64,000 bases of DNA from Terriglobales bacterium (GTDB lineage: Bacteria > Acidobacteriota > Terriglobia > Terriglobales > Acidobacteriaceae): contig JBEKPJ010000043.1 of assembly GCA_049520935.1 (NCBI GenBank), forward strand, positions 1,940 through 65,939, given 5' to 3'. Positions within the stretch are counted from its first letter, which is position 1; every line of letters begins with the position of its first letter. The notes below the pieces were generated by a model. The model had not been told where the DNA came from and did not search any database. It saw only the letters and a list, made by a program, of their open reading frames with translations. Position numbers and translations under genes: made by a program. Shown here piece after piece: positions 1-8,635 of the stretch.

Positions 1-309
1 GCCAATCTGGTGCTTGCCAATGCCTACACCCGCACGAACCGACTTCCGGAGGCGATCAAGGAGTACAACCAGGTGCTCGAAACGAATCCTGACGACTACA
101 TTGCCAACCTGCTTCTGGGGCGCGTTCTACTGCTCTCGGGAGAGGCCGCGGCCGCCCTGCCGAAGCTTAAGAAAGCGGCGATATTGCAGCCGAAAGCGCC
201 CGAGCCGCACCAGTTTCTGAGCAACGCCTATCTTAAATTGGGGCAGGACGCCGATGCCGCGCAGGAGCAGATTGAGGCGAGGCAACTCGCCGCAGGACGG
301 GCGCAGTAA
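1..309 (+). CDS. 3' end (TPR-repeat tail) of a gene that starts upstream of the window. It is a paralog of the next gene.
   Basis: Frame 1 is open from base 1 to TAA at 307-309. The product ...ANLVLANAYTRTNRLPEAIKEYNQVLETNPDDYIANLLLGR...EQIEARQLAAGRAQ aligns position-for-position with the last ~100 aa of the 431..2437 product. Confidence 0.75.
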   Translation, partial: ANLVLANAYTRTNRLPEAIKEYNQVLETNPDDYIANLLLGRVLLLSGEAAAALPKLKKAAILQPKAPEPHQFLSNAYLKLGQDADAAQEQIEARQLAAGRAQ

Positions 310-430
310 GAGCAGGTCGAAGGTGTTCGTTTCCGGGAAACTCAAAGGCATGCGGCACGTACGCCGTCACCGTCGGTCTGTGGGAGGCGCGCGCCATCGG
401 CCGTTAGGTGTGAGCAATCGATTTCTACCC

Positions 431-2437
431 ATGTCCCTGATTCGACATTCTGTATGCTTTCTCTGGCTGGCAGCAAGCGCTCTGGCGGGTACTACCAGGC
501 CGCCGAACGTCATTCTCATCACCATGGACACGACACGCGCCGACCGCATGGGGTTTCTGGGTTCGAAGCGCGGACTTACGCCGAACCTTGACGCGATGGC
601 TCGGCAGGCGGCGATCTTCACGCATGCTTACGCGCAGGCGCCGCTAACCTCGGTATCGCACGCCAGTATTCTCACCGGAACCTACCCACAGTTCCATCAG
701 GTCCTCGATTTCCCTTATCCATTGGCGAACGATCTTCCATACGCCTCCCAGATTCTCCGCGCCCAGGGATATCACACTGCGGCATTTATCGGTTCCCTGG
801 CTCTGGACCCGACCGGCGGCGCTCCCGGTTTTGATCGCGGGTTCGACACCTACGACGCAAATTTCCACGCCGAGGACTTTATGCAGAAGGGTCGTTACCA
901 GAGTATCGAGCGCCGTGGCGCCGAGGTCGTCGCCCACGCCCTGACCTGGCTGCGCGAGCATCCCAAGGGACCTTTCTTCCTCTGGATCCATCTGTATGAC
1001 GCCCACGATCCTTACGAACCGCCTGAGCCCTACAGGACAAAGTATGCGTCGGAGCCCTATGACGGAGCAATCGCCTACGTCGATTCGGTGGTGGGGAAAT
1101 TGCTGCGACAGCTAAAAACGCGCGGGCTCTACGACGGCGCGCTGATCGCGATAACGGCCGACCATGGCGAGTCGCTGGGGGCCCATGGCGAAGATACGCA
1201 CGGAATTTTTCTCTACGATGAAACCATCCAGGTGCCGCTTTTGATCAAGCTGCCGCGCCCGGGTTTGGCGGCCAAACGATCGACAGCAGAGCTTTCCGCT
1301 GGCCAGCGAATCGACAGTCGCGTGGAACTGATCGATATCCTCCCGACATTGCTGCGGGTGACAGGAATTGAAATTCCGAGCGAAGTGCAAGGCGAGTCGC
1401 TTTTGGCATTAATCGAGGCCGGTGCTCGAAAAGGCGACGCCGCGCCGGAGTCCTGGCGCGACCGGCCAGCCTATGCGCAGGCGGATTATCCTCATATCGC
1501 GTACGGATGGAGCGCGCTGCAATCGCTGCGGACCGGGAAATATCTGTACATCCAGGCGCCGCGGCGAGAACTCTATGATGCGGCCGCGGACCCGAAGGCG
1601 GAACACGATTTGTCGTCGGTTTCCCCGGCGGTAGCGTCCACCTTGGCAGGGCAGCTAGCTTTGTTGCGACAGAAAACGAGCAGTACAAGGGAACTTGGCA
1701 AGCCGGCCACGGACCCGGACGTAGAAGCAAAACTGGCCGCACTCGGATATATTGCATCGAGCCACGATTCGAAGGCAGAGGCACCGGGCGCGGAATCCGA
1801 TCCCAAGGACAACATCGAAACCATGCAGCTGGTCCACCGCACTACCCGTCTTCTTGAGGATCAGCGTTTCGCTGACGCGGTCCCCTTGCTGCAGCAATTG
1901 CTGGCCAAGAAAGCGAATGCGCCCATCCTTTATAGCAAGCTCGGCGAATGCTATTTGCATCTGCACCAGTACGACCAAGCGCTGCTGGCACTCCACAAGG
2001 CGCTGGAATTGAATGCGGACTCCCTTATGGTGCAGATGGATCTCGGCCTGGCCCTGGTCGAGGCCCAGGACTTCGCTGCGGCCGTGCCGGAACTGGAACG
2101 CGTGGTTGCCAGGGCGCCGCGATCCGAGCAAGGGCATCTGGTGCTCGCAAACGCTTATACCCACACAAACCGCCTGCCCGAGGCGATCAAGCAATACGAA
2201 GAGGTACTCGCGGCCAACCCCGACCACTATCTAGCCAACCTGCTCCTGGGGCGCGCTCTCGTGCTCGTGGGAGAGGCCACTGCAGCCATCGCGAAGCTGA
2301 AGAAGGCGGCTGTGCTTCAACCGAACGCAGCGGAACCACACCTGGCACTCAGCAACGCCTATCTCATGCTGGGCGATGACGCGGATGCGGCGCAGGAACA
2401 GATCGAAGCCAGGCAACGGATTCCTGGTGCGCAGTAA
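431..2437 (+). CDS. Secreted sulfatase-like (alkaline-phosphatase superfamily) hydrolase/transferase fused to C-terminal TPR repeats
   Basis: ORF 254..2437; best start is ATG 431 (MSLIRHSVCFLWLAASALAG looks like a signal peptide). PNVILITMDTTRADRMG and ITADHGESLGAHGE are sulfatase-family (PF00884-like) motifs. The last ~200 aa are TPR-like (LGECYLHLHQYDQALLALHKALELN...). Confidence 0.85.
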   Translation: MSLIRHSVCFLWLAASALAGTTRPPNVILITMDTTRADRMGFLGSKRGLTPNLDAMARQAAIFTHAYAQAPLTSVSHASILTGTYPQFHQVLDFPYPLANDLPYASQILRAQGYHTAAFIGSLALDPTGGAPGFDRGFDTYDANFHAEDFMQKGRYQSIERRGAEVVAHALTWLREHPKGPFFLWIHLYDAHDPYEPPEPYRTKYASEPYDGAIAYVDSVVGKLLRQLKTRGLYDGALIAITADHGESLGAHGEDTHGIFLYDETIQVPLLIKLPRPGLAAKRSTAELSAGQRIDSRVELIDILPTLLRVTGIEIPSEVQGESLLALIEAGARKGDAAPESWRDRPAYAQADYPHIAYGWSALQSLRTGKYLYIQAPRRELYDAAADPKAEHDLSSVSPAVASTLAGQLALLRQKTSSTRELGKPATDPDVEAKLAALGYIASSHDSKAEAPGAESDPKDNIETMQLVHRTTRLLEDQRFADAVPLLQQLLAKKANAPILYSKLGECYLHLHQYDQALLALHKALELNADSLMVQMDLGLALVEAQDFAAAVPELERVVARAPRSEQGHLVLANAYTHTNRLPEAIKQYEEVLAANPDHYLANLLLGRALVLVGEATAAIAKLKKAAVLQPNAAEPHLALSNAYLMLGDDADAAQEQIEARQRIPGAQ

Positions 2438-2556
2438 GCGGCGGAAGCAAATCTGGGAAGTTGCCGGAATGGGCGGCGGATGACGGCGCTCATGACCAGG
2501 GACTCGCTGCAAGCGAATGCAGGCCTCGCCGAACCCCGAGTCTCGAGTATCAACAG

Positions 2557-2595
2557 AAGGAGGCGTTTCGCGAAAGAAATTCCGAAACGCTCCTT
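2557..2595. terminator. Candidate bidirectional hairpin terminator between convergent genes
   Basis: AAGGAGGCGTTTCG (2557-2570) pairs with CGAAACGCTCCTT (2583-2595) with one bulged G and a 12-nt loop. It sits between the stop at 2437 (+) and the stop at 2681 (-). The flanks are only weakly T-rich on both strands. Confidence 0.45.
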
Positions 2596-2680
2596 ATGTT
2601 TGCGCCTTTGGTCCGAGCGCGCGACGTGATGCCGTCTGCAGAGCGACGGCGAACCGAAGCCTCCCCGAGCAGGGTCCGAT

Positions 2681-3949
2681 CTAGGCGCTGACGCTCAAGC
2701 CATTGCCTGAACTGGTGGTAGCACCAGAATTCAGCAGGTTGAGGATCAGCTCATAGTTGTTCTGGGAGCCGAGATTGATCGTAAGTGGATTGCCCGCGCT
2801 TACGCTGCCCTGATTGGAACCCGAGGTCTGCGTTGCTGAGCCGTCGCTGCCAAGGTTGATGGTGATCTCTTCGGGAGAAGACGAAGCCGGCGATGAGCTG
2901 CTGCCCTGTCCGAGGTTGATGATCAGTTCCGGCGTGGTCGAGCTATTCGCTGCGCTGGTACTGGATGCCGCTCCCAGATTGATCTGGATTTCTTCGGGCG
3001 ACGAAGCGGACGATGAACCGCTCCCCTGTCCGAGATTGATGACCAGTTCCGGCGTCGCCGAGCCGTTCGTTGCGCCCGTACTCGATGCGCTTCCCAAACT
3101 GATCTGGATTTGTTCGGGAGCGGACGCGGAACTGCTTCCCGGATCGATATTGATGACAACTTCGGGCGTCGCCGATGTGCCGGACCCATTCGACGAGCCA
3201 TTGCTGGCAGCCGCGCTTCCCAGGTTAATGACGATTTCGGTCGGATTGGAAGTGTAGGCGGAAATAGCCGACTGGGCTTGCTGGTTCTGCCCGCCGTAGG
3301 TGCTTTCAAGACTCGCAAAAGCCGATTGGGCTCCGGAGAGGTCGCCGTTCTGCAGCGCCTTGCCGATAGCCGCGAAATCCGTAGACCGGTCCGTTCTCTG
3401 AAACGTTTGTCCGTTCTTGTTGGGCCCGCTTTGTCCAAGCGCAACCAGGGTGCTGTAGTCCTGTTGTGCCGCGCTCAGGTTGCCGCTTTGCAAGTCTTGT
3501 CCTAGTTGCGCAATGTCAGCCTGCTTCTGCTGCCGGTAGGCTTGCAGTTGCTGATAGATCGAAGACCCGCTGTTGGTTGGGGAGGTGCCGCTGGCCTGGT
3601 TGCTGAGGTTTACCACGGCCGCCGCCGCGACCGGAGTCGCCGCCGTTACAGGAATCGCCTTACCGGTGAGCGTCGCGAAAGCCGCTTGCGCTCCCGCCAA
3701 ATCGCCGGACTGCAACGCTTGGCCGATCGAGGTGAATGCCTGATCCTTGCTGGACTTTGCAAAAGGGTCAGAACTCGCGAACGGCCCGCTCTGCCCCAGC
3801 GCGACCAGGGCATTGTAATCTTGTTGCGCGTTGTTCAGGTTCCCGCTCTGAAGATCGCTACCGAGTTGCTGAAGATCGGCCTGGCGACTCTGGTAGAAGC
3901 CCTGGAGTTCCTGATAGATCGACGAACTGGAAACTGCCGCGGTTGACAT
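2681..3949 (-). CDS. Orphan low-complexity repeat protein (422 aa), function unknown
   Basis: Uninterrupted 422-codon ORF with GGAGGA 4 nt upstream of ATG 3949. No signal peptide, and no Cys/Trp/His. It has an N-terminal duplicated ~86-aa module and a C-terminal series of ~20-aa xIxINLG motifs separated by Ser/Gly linkers. I recognise no family. Confidence 0.75.
   Translation of the reverse strand: MSTAAVSSSSIYQELQGFYQSRQADLQQLGSDLQSGNLNNAQQDYNALVALGQSGPFASSDPFAKSSKDQAFTSIGQALQSGDLAGAQAAFATLTGKAIPVTAATPVAAAAVVNLSNQASGTSPTNSGSSIYQQLQAYRQQKQADIAQLGQDLQSGNLSAAQQDYSTLVALGQSGPNKNGQTFQRTDRSTDFAAIGKALQNGDLSGAQSAFASLESTYGGQNQQAQSAISAYTSNPTEIVINLGSAAASNGSSNGSGTSATPEVVINIDPGSSSASAPEQIQISLGSASSTGATNGSATPELVINLGQGSGSSSASSPEEIQINLGAASSTSAANSSTTPELIINLGQGSSSSPASSSPEEITINLGSDGSATQTSGSNQGSVSAGNPLTINLGSQNNYELILNLLNSGATTSSGNGLSVSA
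2732..3244 (-). repeat. In-frame tandem coding repeats (~60 nt unit, ~120 nt super-unit) inside the 2681..3949 CDS
   Basis: Nine motifs in the product at ~20-aa spacing: EIVINLGS, EVVINIDPGS, EQIQISLGS, ELVINLGQGS, EEIQINLGA, ELIINLGQGS, EEITINLGS, PLTINLGS, YELILNLLNS. The two alternating flavours give a ~40-aa super-repeat. The periodicity is also visible in the antisense ORF 2814..3257. Confidence 0.8.
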
Positions 3950-4142
3950 GCATTCCTCCGGATTGCGGGTCGTCCGCTATTCCAACCCTAGCGGCGCGCC
4001 GTACAGAACTCATCGGCCGAACCAGAGAATGGTTTAGTAGGAACGGAGAGTTACCAAGGGGTGTTACGGGAGCGCGACCAAGCTCACATGGAGTTTCGCG
4101 CCGCTGGGGCTTGTCCGACGACAGAAACCAGCCTGCGCTTGA

Positions 4143-4646
4143 TTAGGCTGCACGCGCGCGTGGCACTGGCGCAAGAGCCGCTTGGTCGCGGAACCTCTTC
4201 GCCGCGGCAATGCCGAGCGCCACGAACAGCGCCATAATGATGATCTGAGTGACGAAAAACGGGGGTTCTCTTAGCGTGGGTGCCAGCGCTTTGAGAGTCG
4301 GCACCTTCTCGAACGGCTGCACAATCAGAACGAAAACATTCAGCTAAAGGGCAATGACCGCGCTGATGGCATAGGCGCGTTGCCACCCGCCGACCAGGTG
4401 ACGGCGGTAGCGCGCGACAATGGCAATTGAGAGCACCACCAGCGAGATGATGCCGATGGCGATGCCCGGCGTAAAGCCCTTGAACGGGAAGAAGAACCCG
4501 GTGTCGCTGGTGGCGACCGTCGTCACCAGAAACAACGCTGTCCAGCCATCGAACCTCTTCGCCGACAGAAGACCGAGTGCCACCACCAACCCTTACAAGA
4601 TCCCCACTAGGCTGATTGCAACGTGCACAAGAGTTAGAGTTGTCAT
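4143..4646 (-). pseudogene. Small multi-pass membrane protein gene interrupted by two in-frame stop codons (TAA and TAG) with no frameshift
   Basis: A single minus-strand frame reads MTTLTLVHVAISLVGIL-TAA(4595..4593)-GLVVALGLLSAKRFDGWTALFLVTTVATSDTGFFFPFKGFTPGIAIGIISLVVLSIAIVARYRRHLVGGWQRAYAISAVIAL-TAG(4346..4344)-LNVFVLIVQPFEKVPTLKALAPTLREPPFFVTQIIIMALFVALGIAAAKRF..., ending at TAA 4145..4143. Hydrophobic TM-like segments continue across both stops. Confidence 0.65.
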
Positions 4647-5078
4647 AGGGAAAATCGCAATGCCCCTCCTCTCAGGGTGGGGCGATAGTATCATGACTGC
4701 GGGGCAAGTTTGCGAGCTGGCGATTGGCGTCGCCGGCACTCACGGCCGCCGCTTGGCAGCATCCGAGCCCCTGGCGAGAACCATGCCCGGTTCCCCTAGA
4801 ACCCGTCGCAAACTCATTAGGGGAGCGCGCGCATGATTTTCAACCTGCTCGCGAGCGGCCCGAGCGGCCCACGAGCACCACGAGCAGGCTCCTATTTCCC
4901 TATTTGAGGCGCGGCAATTATAATCACCGTTCGCCGTAATCCGGGTTGAATGCTGACGCAAGGCAACGCCGAGGCCAGGAACACGCATCGTTCCTGACGA
5001 GGCTTACCCGTCAGTGGCTGGCGGCCAAACCAACGGCCGGTCGCCAGGCGGCATTCCCCGTGAGGCGTAATTACAAAC

Positions 5079-6134
5079 ATGAAAATAATTGTCCGTTTCG
5101 TTCTGGTTGTTCTTTCGCTGCTAGCTGTCGCCTCTGCCCAGTCCACTCCGATTGATGTCTCCGCTGGCTATTCCTACTTCAACTTTACGCAGCCGTTGAG
5201 TTCGCAAACCCCTTCCGAGCAGCTCACGATGAATGGTGGGGATTTTTCCGCCGCTTTCTTCAGGATCCATCATCACTTCTCTCTTGAGGCCAACGTCAGC
5301 GGCCACTTTGTGACCAACTGCGCCGGCACTACCAATAACGCCGGCACTAACAGTACGACCTGCAGCGATGTGTCCTACATGTTTGGGCCACGCTATACCT
5401 ACGGGGATCACTCCAGTCGCATCACGGTATTTGCCCACGTCTTGGCCGGTCAAGACCGGGCAAATCTTCTGGGGAACTACTCGGGTGGGAGCGGAATCAC
5501 CGTGACCGACACCTCGTTCGCTTTAGCCGCCGGAGGTGGTATCGACTACTGGTTCACGCGACACGTCGGAATTCAGGCCGGCCCCTTCGACTATCTCTAC
5601 ACCAACCACTTGAACAACAGTGGCGCGGCTGCCCAAGGCAGCGTGCGCGCCGCCGGCGGCGTCGCTTTCCGCTTTGGCGGCAACCTGCCTCAAAGTGAGC
5701 CCAAAGCTCCCAAGGAGCCGAAGGCGCAGTCCGAATCTCATCGCTCGTGGACACACCCGTGGCACAAGACCACTTCTGCTCCGGCCGAGGCGCCCCCGAC
5801 TGTGGCCACCAATCGGCCCGTCCAGACTACTCAACCGGTGCAGACTGCTCAGCCGCTGAACCTGCCCAGTCACGGCATGGCGATCCATTCGTTCGGCGCC
5901 GTAGTAGGGCCGCAGGAATTCGATGGAGCCAAAGTCTTGCAGCTCGAGCCAGGAGGCGTTGCCGAAATGGCATCCGTGCACGTCGGCGATATGATCAAGT
6001 CGGTTGACGGCAAACCGGTTCGGACGCCCATGGAACTGGCAGCGGAACTGTCGGACAAGTCGGGAAAAGTCCGCATCGGCCTGCAGCGCGGCGATCTTTC
6101 GGTAGAGACGCTAATTTTGCTGGGAGCGCACTGA
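5079..6134 (+). CDS. Outer-membrane beta-barrel (OmpA-like N-domain, OMP_b-brl type) fused through a Pro/Thr/Gln-rich linker to a C-terminal PDZ domain
   Basis: Signal peptide MKIIVRFVLVVLSLLAVASAQ. Alternating-hydrophobic strands (VSAGYSYFNF, FALAAGGGIDYWF, AAGGVAFRFG). Linker PKAPKEPKAQ...PVQTTQPVQTAQP. PDZ-like GAKVLQLEPGGVAEMASVHVGDMIKSVDGKPVRTPMELAAEL. Confidence 0.8.
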   Translation: MKIIVRFVLVVLSLLAVASAQSTPIDVSAGYSYFNFTQPLSSQTPSEQLTMNGGDFSAAFFRIHHHFSLEANVSGHFVTNCAGTTNNAGTNSTTCSDVSYMFGPRYTYGDHSSRITVFAHVLAGQDRANLLGNYSGGSGITVTDTSFALAAGGGIDYWFTRHVGIQAGPFDYLYTNHLNNSGAAAQGSVRAAGGVAFRFGGNLPQSEPKAPKEPKAQSESHRSWTHPWHKTTSAPAEAPPTVATNRPVQTTQPVQTAQPLNLPSHGMAIHSFGAVVGPQEFDGAKVLQLEPGGVAEMASVHVGDMIKSVDGKPVRTPMELAAELSDKSGKVRIGLQRGDLSVETLILLGAH

Positions 6135-6190
6135 GCACGATCCCCTGCGTGATCTGAGACTCGGACTCGGCTCGAAACCAAGTAGAGGGA

Positions 6191-6267
6191 TGGTGCGCCC
6201 GGAGAGATTCGAACTCCCGACCTACAGCTCCGGAGGCTGCCGCTCTATCCAGACTGAGCTACGGGCG
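6191..6267 (-). tRNA. tRNA-Arg (anticodon CCG), CCA encoded
   Basis: The reverse complement reads GCGCCCGTAGCTCAGTCTGGATAGAGCGGCAGCCTCCGGAGCTGTAGGTCGGGAGTTCGAATCTCTCCGGGCGCACCA. It has a 7-bp acceptor stem, D arm GCTC/GAGC, anticodon loop CT-CCG-GA, T arm GGGAG-TTCGAAT-CTCTC and a 3' CCA. Confidence 0.9.
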
Positions 6268-6351
6268 CGTACAGCAAGTGTACATCGCGAGTGCGGAAAG
6301 CCTCAATGGTCCCCTCGAGTTTCGCTGCCGAGTCGCGCCGGTCGTCACCAG

Positions 6352-6585
6352 CTAGCAGCCTCCAACTTTCCAGAACCGTTCGTCCTGGTAATCAAGCATC
6401 AAGAGCCGGTTGCGCGGGTCGTGACGTTTGCCGCAATTGGGACAGGGAATGAAGCTGCGGATATGCATCCCGCGGCGGTCGTAATCCTCGGCGACGGCAA
6501 AGCTGGTGCCGCAACTGCAAGGGATTAGGAACATGCGAAGGCGGTTGTCGCCGTGAGCACCGGTGTGGGGCTTGCTTGGCTTCAT
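6352..6585 (-). CDS. Small zinc-ribbon-like hypothetical protein (77 aa; true start uncertain)
   Basis: ORF between typA and the tRNA. The paired Cys motifs CSCG...CPNCG suggest a zinc ribbon. There is no good SD at ATG 6585; an internal ATG (MFLIPCSCG) is an alternative start. Confidence 0.4.
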   Translation of the reverse strand: MKPSKPHTGAHGDNRLRMFLIPCSCGTSFAVAEDYDRRGMHIRSFIPCPNCGKRHDPRNRLLMLDYQDERFWKVGGC

Positions 6586-6623
6586 GTCGCGTTCAAGGGT
6601 TAATCTCCTGGCGCGTGCGGGGC

Positions 6624-8525
6624 TCAGCTTTCAATGGCCGCCATCGAACCCTTTTTTCGCCGATTCGATGGCAGAATCTTCTTCCGCAAGCGCAGTGATT
6701 TCGGGGTTACTTCCACGAATTCATCATCGGCTATGAATTCGATGGCCTGTTCTAGATTGAGATTGCGGAAAGGCACCAAACGGATCGCCTCGTCGGAGGT
6801 CGAAGCTCGCATGTTGGTCAGTTTCTTCTCGCGCACGATGTTGACATCGAGGTCCGTGTCCTTGGCGTTTTCCCCAATGATCATGCCTTCATAAACGTCG
6901 ATGCCGGGACCGGCGAAAAGTATCCCCCGCTCCTGCAAATTGTAGAGAGCATACGAAGTGGTAACTCCGGGCCGGTCGGCGACCAGCGCACCCGTCGGAC
7001 GATGCGGAATTTCTCCCTGCCATTCGATGTATCCATCAAAGAGCGCATTCATCACGATGGTGCCGCGGGTGTCGGTGAGCAGCGTGCTGCGCAGTCCGAT
7101 CAGTCCCCGGCTGGGCACGCGGAATTCCACGCGCACGCGACCGTAGCCATGATTGTGCATGTTGGCAACTTCGCCTTTGCGCGAGCCCACGTGTTCCATG
7201 ACCACGCCGACGAATTCCTCGGGGATATCGACGGTGAGATGTTCCCTTGGCTCCATCAGCTTGCCATCGATGCGTTTGGTGACAATTTCGGGCTTGCCGA
7301 CCATCAGTTCGTAACCTTCACGGCGCATCATCTCGATCAGAATCGAAAGTTGCAACTCGCCCCGCCCGAGAACTTTGAACGAGTCGGTGCTGCCGGTCTC
7401 TTCCATGCGCAGGGAGACGTTGGTGAGCAGTTCTTTCTCGAGGCGTTCGCGGAGATTGCGCGACGTAACTAGGCTGCCTTCGCGTCCGCAGAACGGAGAA
7501 GTATTGATGGTGAACAGCATCCCAATCGTAGGCTCATCGATGACAATCGGAGGTAGAGGTGCGGGGTTCTCGGCGCTGGTAATGGTCTCGCCAATGGTAA
7601 TGCCTTCAACGCCAGCCACGGCGATGATATCGCCGAGCGAGGTCTCCGTAATGTCGGTCCGCTTGAGTCCGGAGAAGCTGAAGAGTTTGGTAATCTTGGT
7701 TTTGTGAAACGAGCCGTCGCGTTTGGCGATGGCAACGTCTTCTCCCGTCTTCATGGTTCCGGAAAAAACGCGCGCGATGGCGAGACGCCCGAGGTAGTCG
7801 CTGTAGTCGAGGTTCGCGACCAGAATTTGCAGGGCGCCTTGGGCGTCCCCTTGCGGAGCGGGGATGGTATCGACGATCGCCTCAAACAACGGCCGCAAGT
7901 CTTCGCCCTGCGCTCCCTGATGCAAGGCGGCGGTGCCGATCTTGGCGTTGGTGTAGAGAACGGGGAAATCGAGCTGATCTTCCTTGGCGTCGAGATCAAT
8001 AAAGAGGTCGTACACCTCGTTCAGCACTTCCTGCGGACGGGCGTCGGGCCGATCGATCTTGTTAACGACGAGGATCGGCTTCAGATGTGCCTCGAGCGCT
8101 TTGCTCAGCACGTAGCGGGTTTGCGGGAGCGGTCCTTCGCTGGCGTCAACGAGCAGCATGACGCCGTCGACCATCTTGAGGGCTCGCTCTACTTCGCCGC
8201 CAAAGTCGGAGTGGCCCGGCGTATCCACGATGTTGATTTTCACTCCCGCATAGAACACCGCCGTGTTTTTGGCCAGAATCGTGATGCCGCGCTCGCGTTC
8301 CAGATCATTCGAGTCCATGACGCGCTCCGCCACGGTCTCGTTGTCGCGGAACGTGCCACTCTGGCGCAGCATGGCGTCAACCAAAGTGGTCTTGCCGTGA
8401 TCCACGTGGGCAATAATAGCGATATTGCGAATACCTGGGTTCAGATGGAAAACTCCTCGGGCTGCCAAATTCCGGCCTATCACTACTCTACTATGGCGGG
8501 GGCCGCAGCGGGACGGTCGACCCAC
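6624..8525 (-). CDS. typA: Translational GTPase TypA/BipA
   Basis: [17 protein letters not shown] (G1), [12 protein letters not shown] (G3), [10 protein letters not shown] (G4) and EF-G-like domains throughout. The coordinates give the maximal ORF. The conserved N-terminus begins near 8444, so the real start is probably downstream (GTG 8483, TTG 8468, or CTG 8444 preceded by GAGGAG). Confidence 0.95.
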   Translation of the reverse strand: MGRPSRCGPRHSRVVIGRNLAARGVFHLNPGIRNIAIIAHVDHGKTTLVDAMLRQSGTFRDNETVAERVMDSNDLERERGITILAKNTAVFYAGVKINIVDTPGHSDFGGEVERALKMVDGVMLLVDASEGPLPQTRYVLSKALEAHLKPILVVNKIDRPDARPQEVLNEVYDLFIDLDAKEDQLDFPVLYTNAKIGTAALHQGAQGEDLRPLFEAIVDTIPAPQGDAQGALQILVANLDYSDYLGRLAIARVFSGTMKTGEDVAIAKRDGSFHKTKITKLFSFSGLKRTDITETSLGDIIAVAGVEGITIGETITSAENPAPLPPIVIDEPTIGMLFTINTSPFCGREGSLVTSRNLRERLEKELLTNVSLRMEETGSTDSFKVLGRGELQLSILIEMMRREGYELMVGKPEIVTKRIDGKLMEPREHLTVDIPEEFVGVVMEHVGSRKGEVANMHNHGYGRVRVEFRVPSRGLIGLRSTLLTDTRGTIVMNALFDGYIEWQGEIPHRPTGALVADRPGVTTSYALYNLQERGILFAGPGIDVYEGMIIGENAKDTDLDVNIVREKKLTNMRASTSDEAIRLVPFRNLNLEQAIEFIADDEFVEVTPKSLRLRKKILPSNRRKKGSMAAIES

Positions 8526-8635
8526 TCACGGCCGCTCGAGCGATCATCCTGGTCGCGGGGAACGCGGCGGATCGACCACCTTCGGCGTCTGACCCTTGAC
8601 GCTCGCCACGCGCTCAACGAGCATGAAAGGTACCG

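Noticed and set aside
254-430. N-terminal extensions offered by the ORF track. Examples: 254..430 for the sulfatase, 14484..14852 for potC, 15748..16080 for potB, 19119..19475 for the regulator, 60880..61257 for pmbA and 57451..57597 for mrdA.
   Set aside because: The extensions are Arg/Pro-rich and overlap upstream genes or promoters. They precede an internal ATG that gives a proper signal peptide or TM segment, or the conserved family N-terminus, often with an SD.
2700-3250. Regular ~60/120-nt DNA periodicity that could superficially look like a CRISPR or other non-coding tandem array
   Set aside because: The periodicity lies entirely inside a long uninterrupted ORF and is in multiples of three. 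The units are diverged at synonymous-like positions, there are no unique spacers, and there are no cas genes. It is a coding repeat.
4921-4926. Perfect TATAAT about 150 bp upstream of the barrel-PDZ gene, as a promoter -10
   Set aside because: There is no acceptable -35 at 16-18 nt spacing (TTGAGG is only 12 nt upstream), so this is an isolated hexamer match.
4143-6267. tRNA-Arg as the attachment site of a genomic island covering the repeat protein, the pseudogene and the barrel-PDZ gene
   Set aside because: There is no integrase or recombinase, I could find no direct repeat of the tRNA 3' end, and there is no obvious compositional break. This could only be settled by comparison with related genomes.
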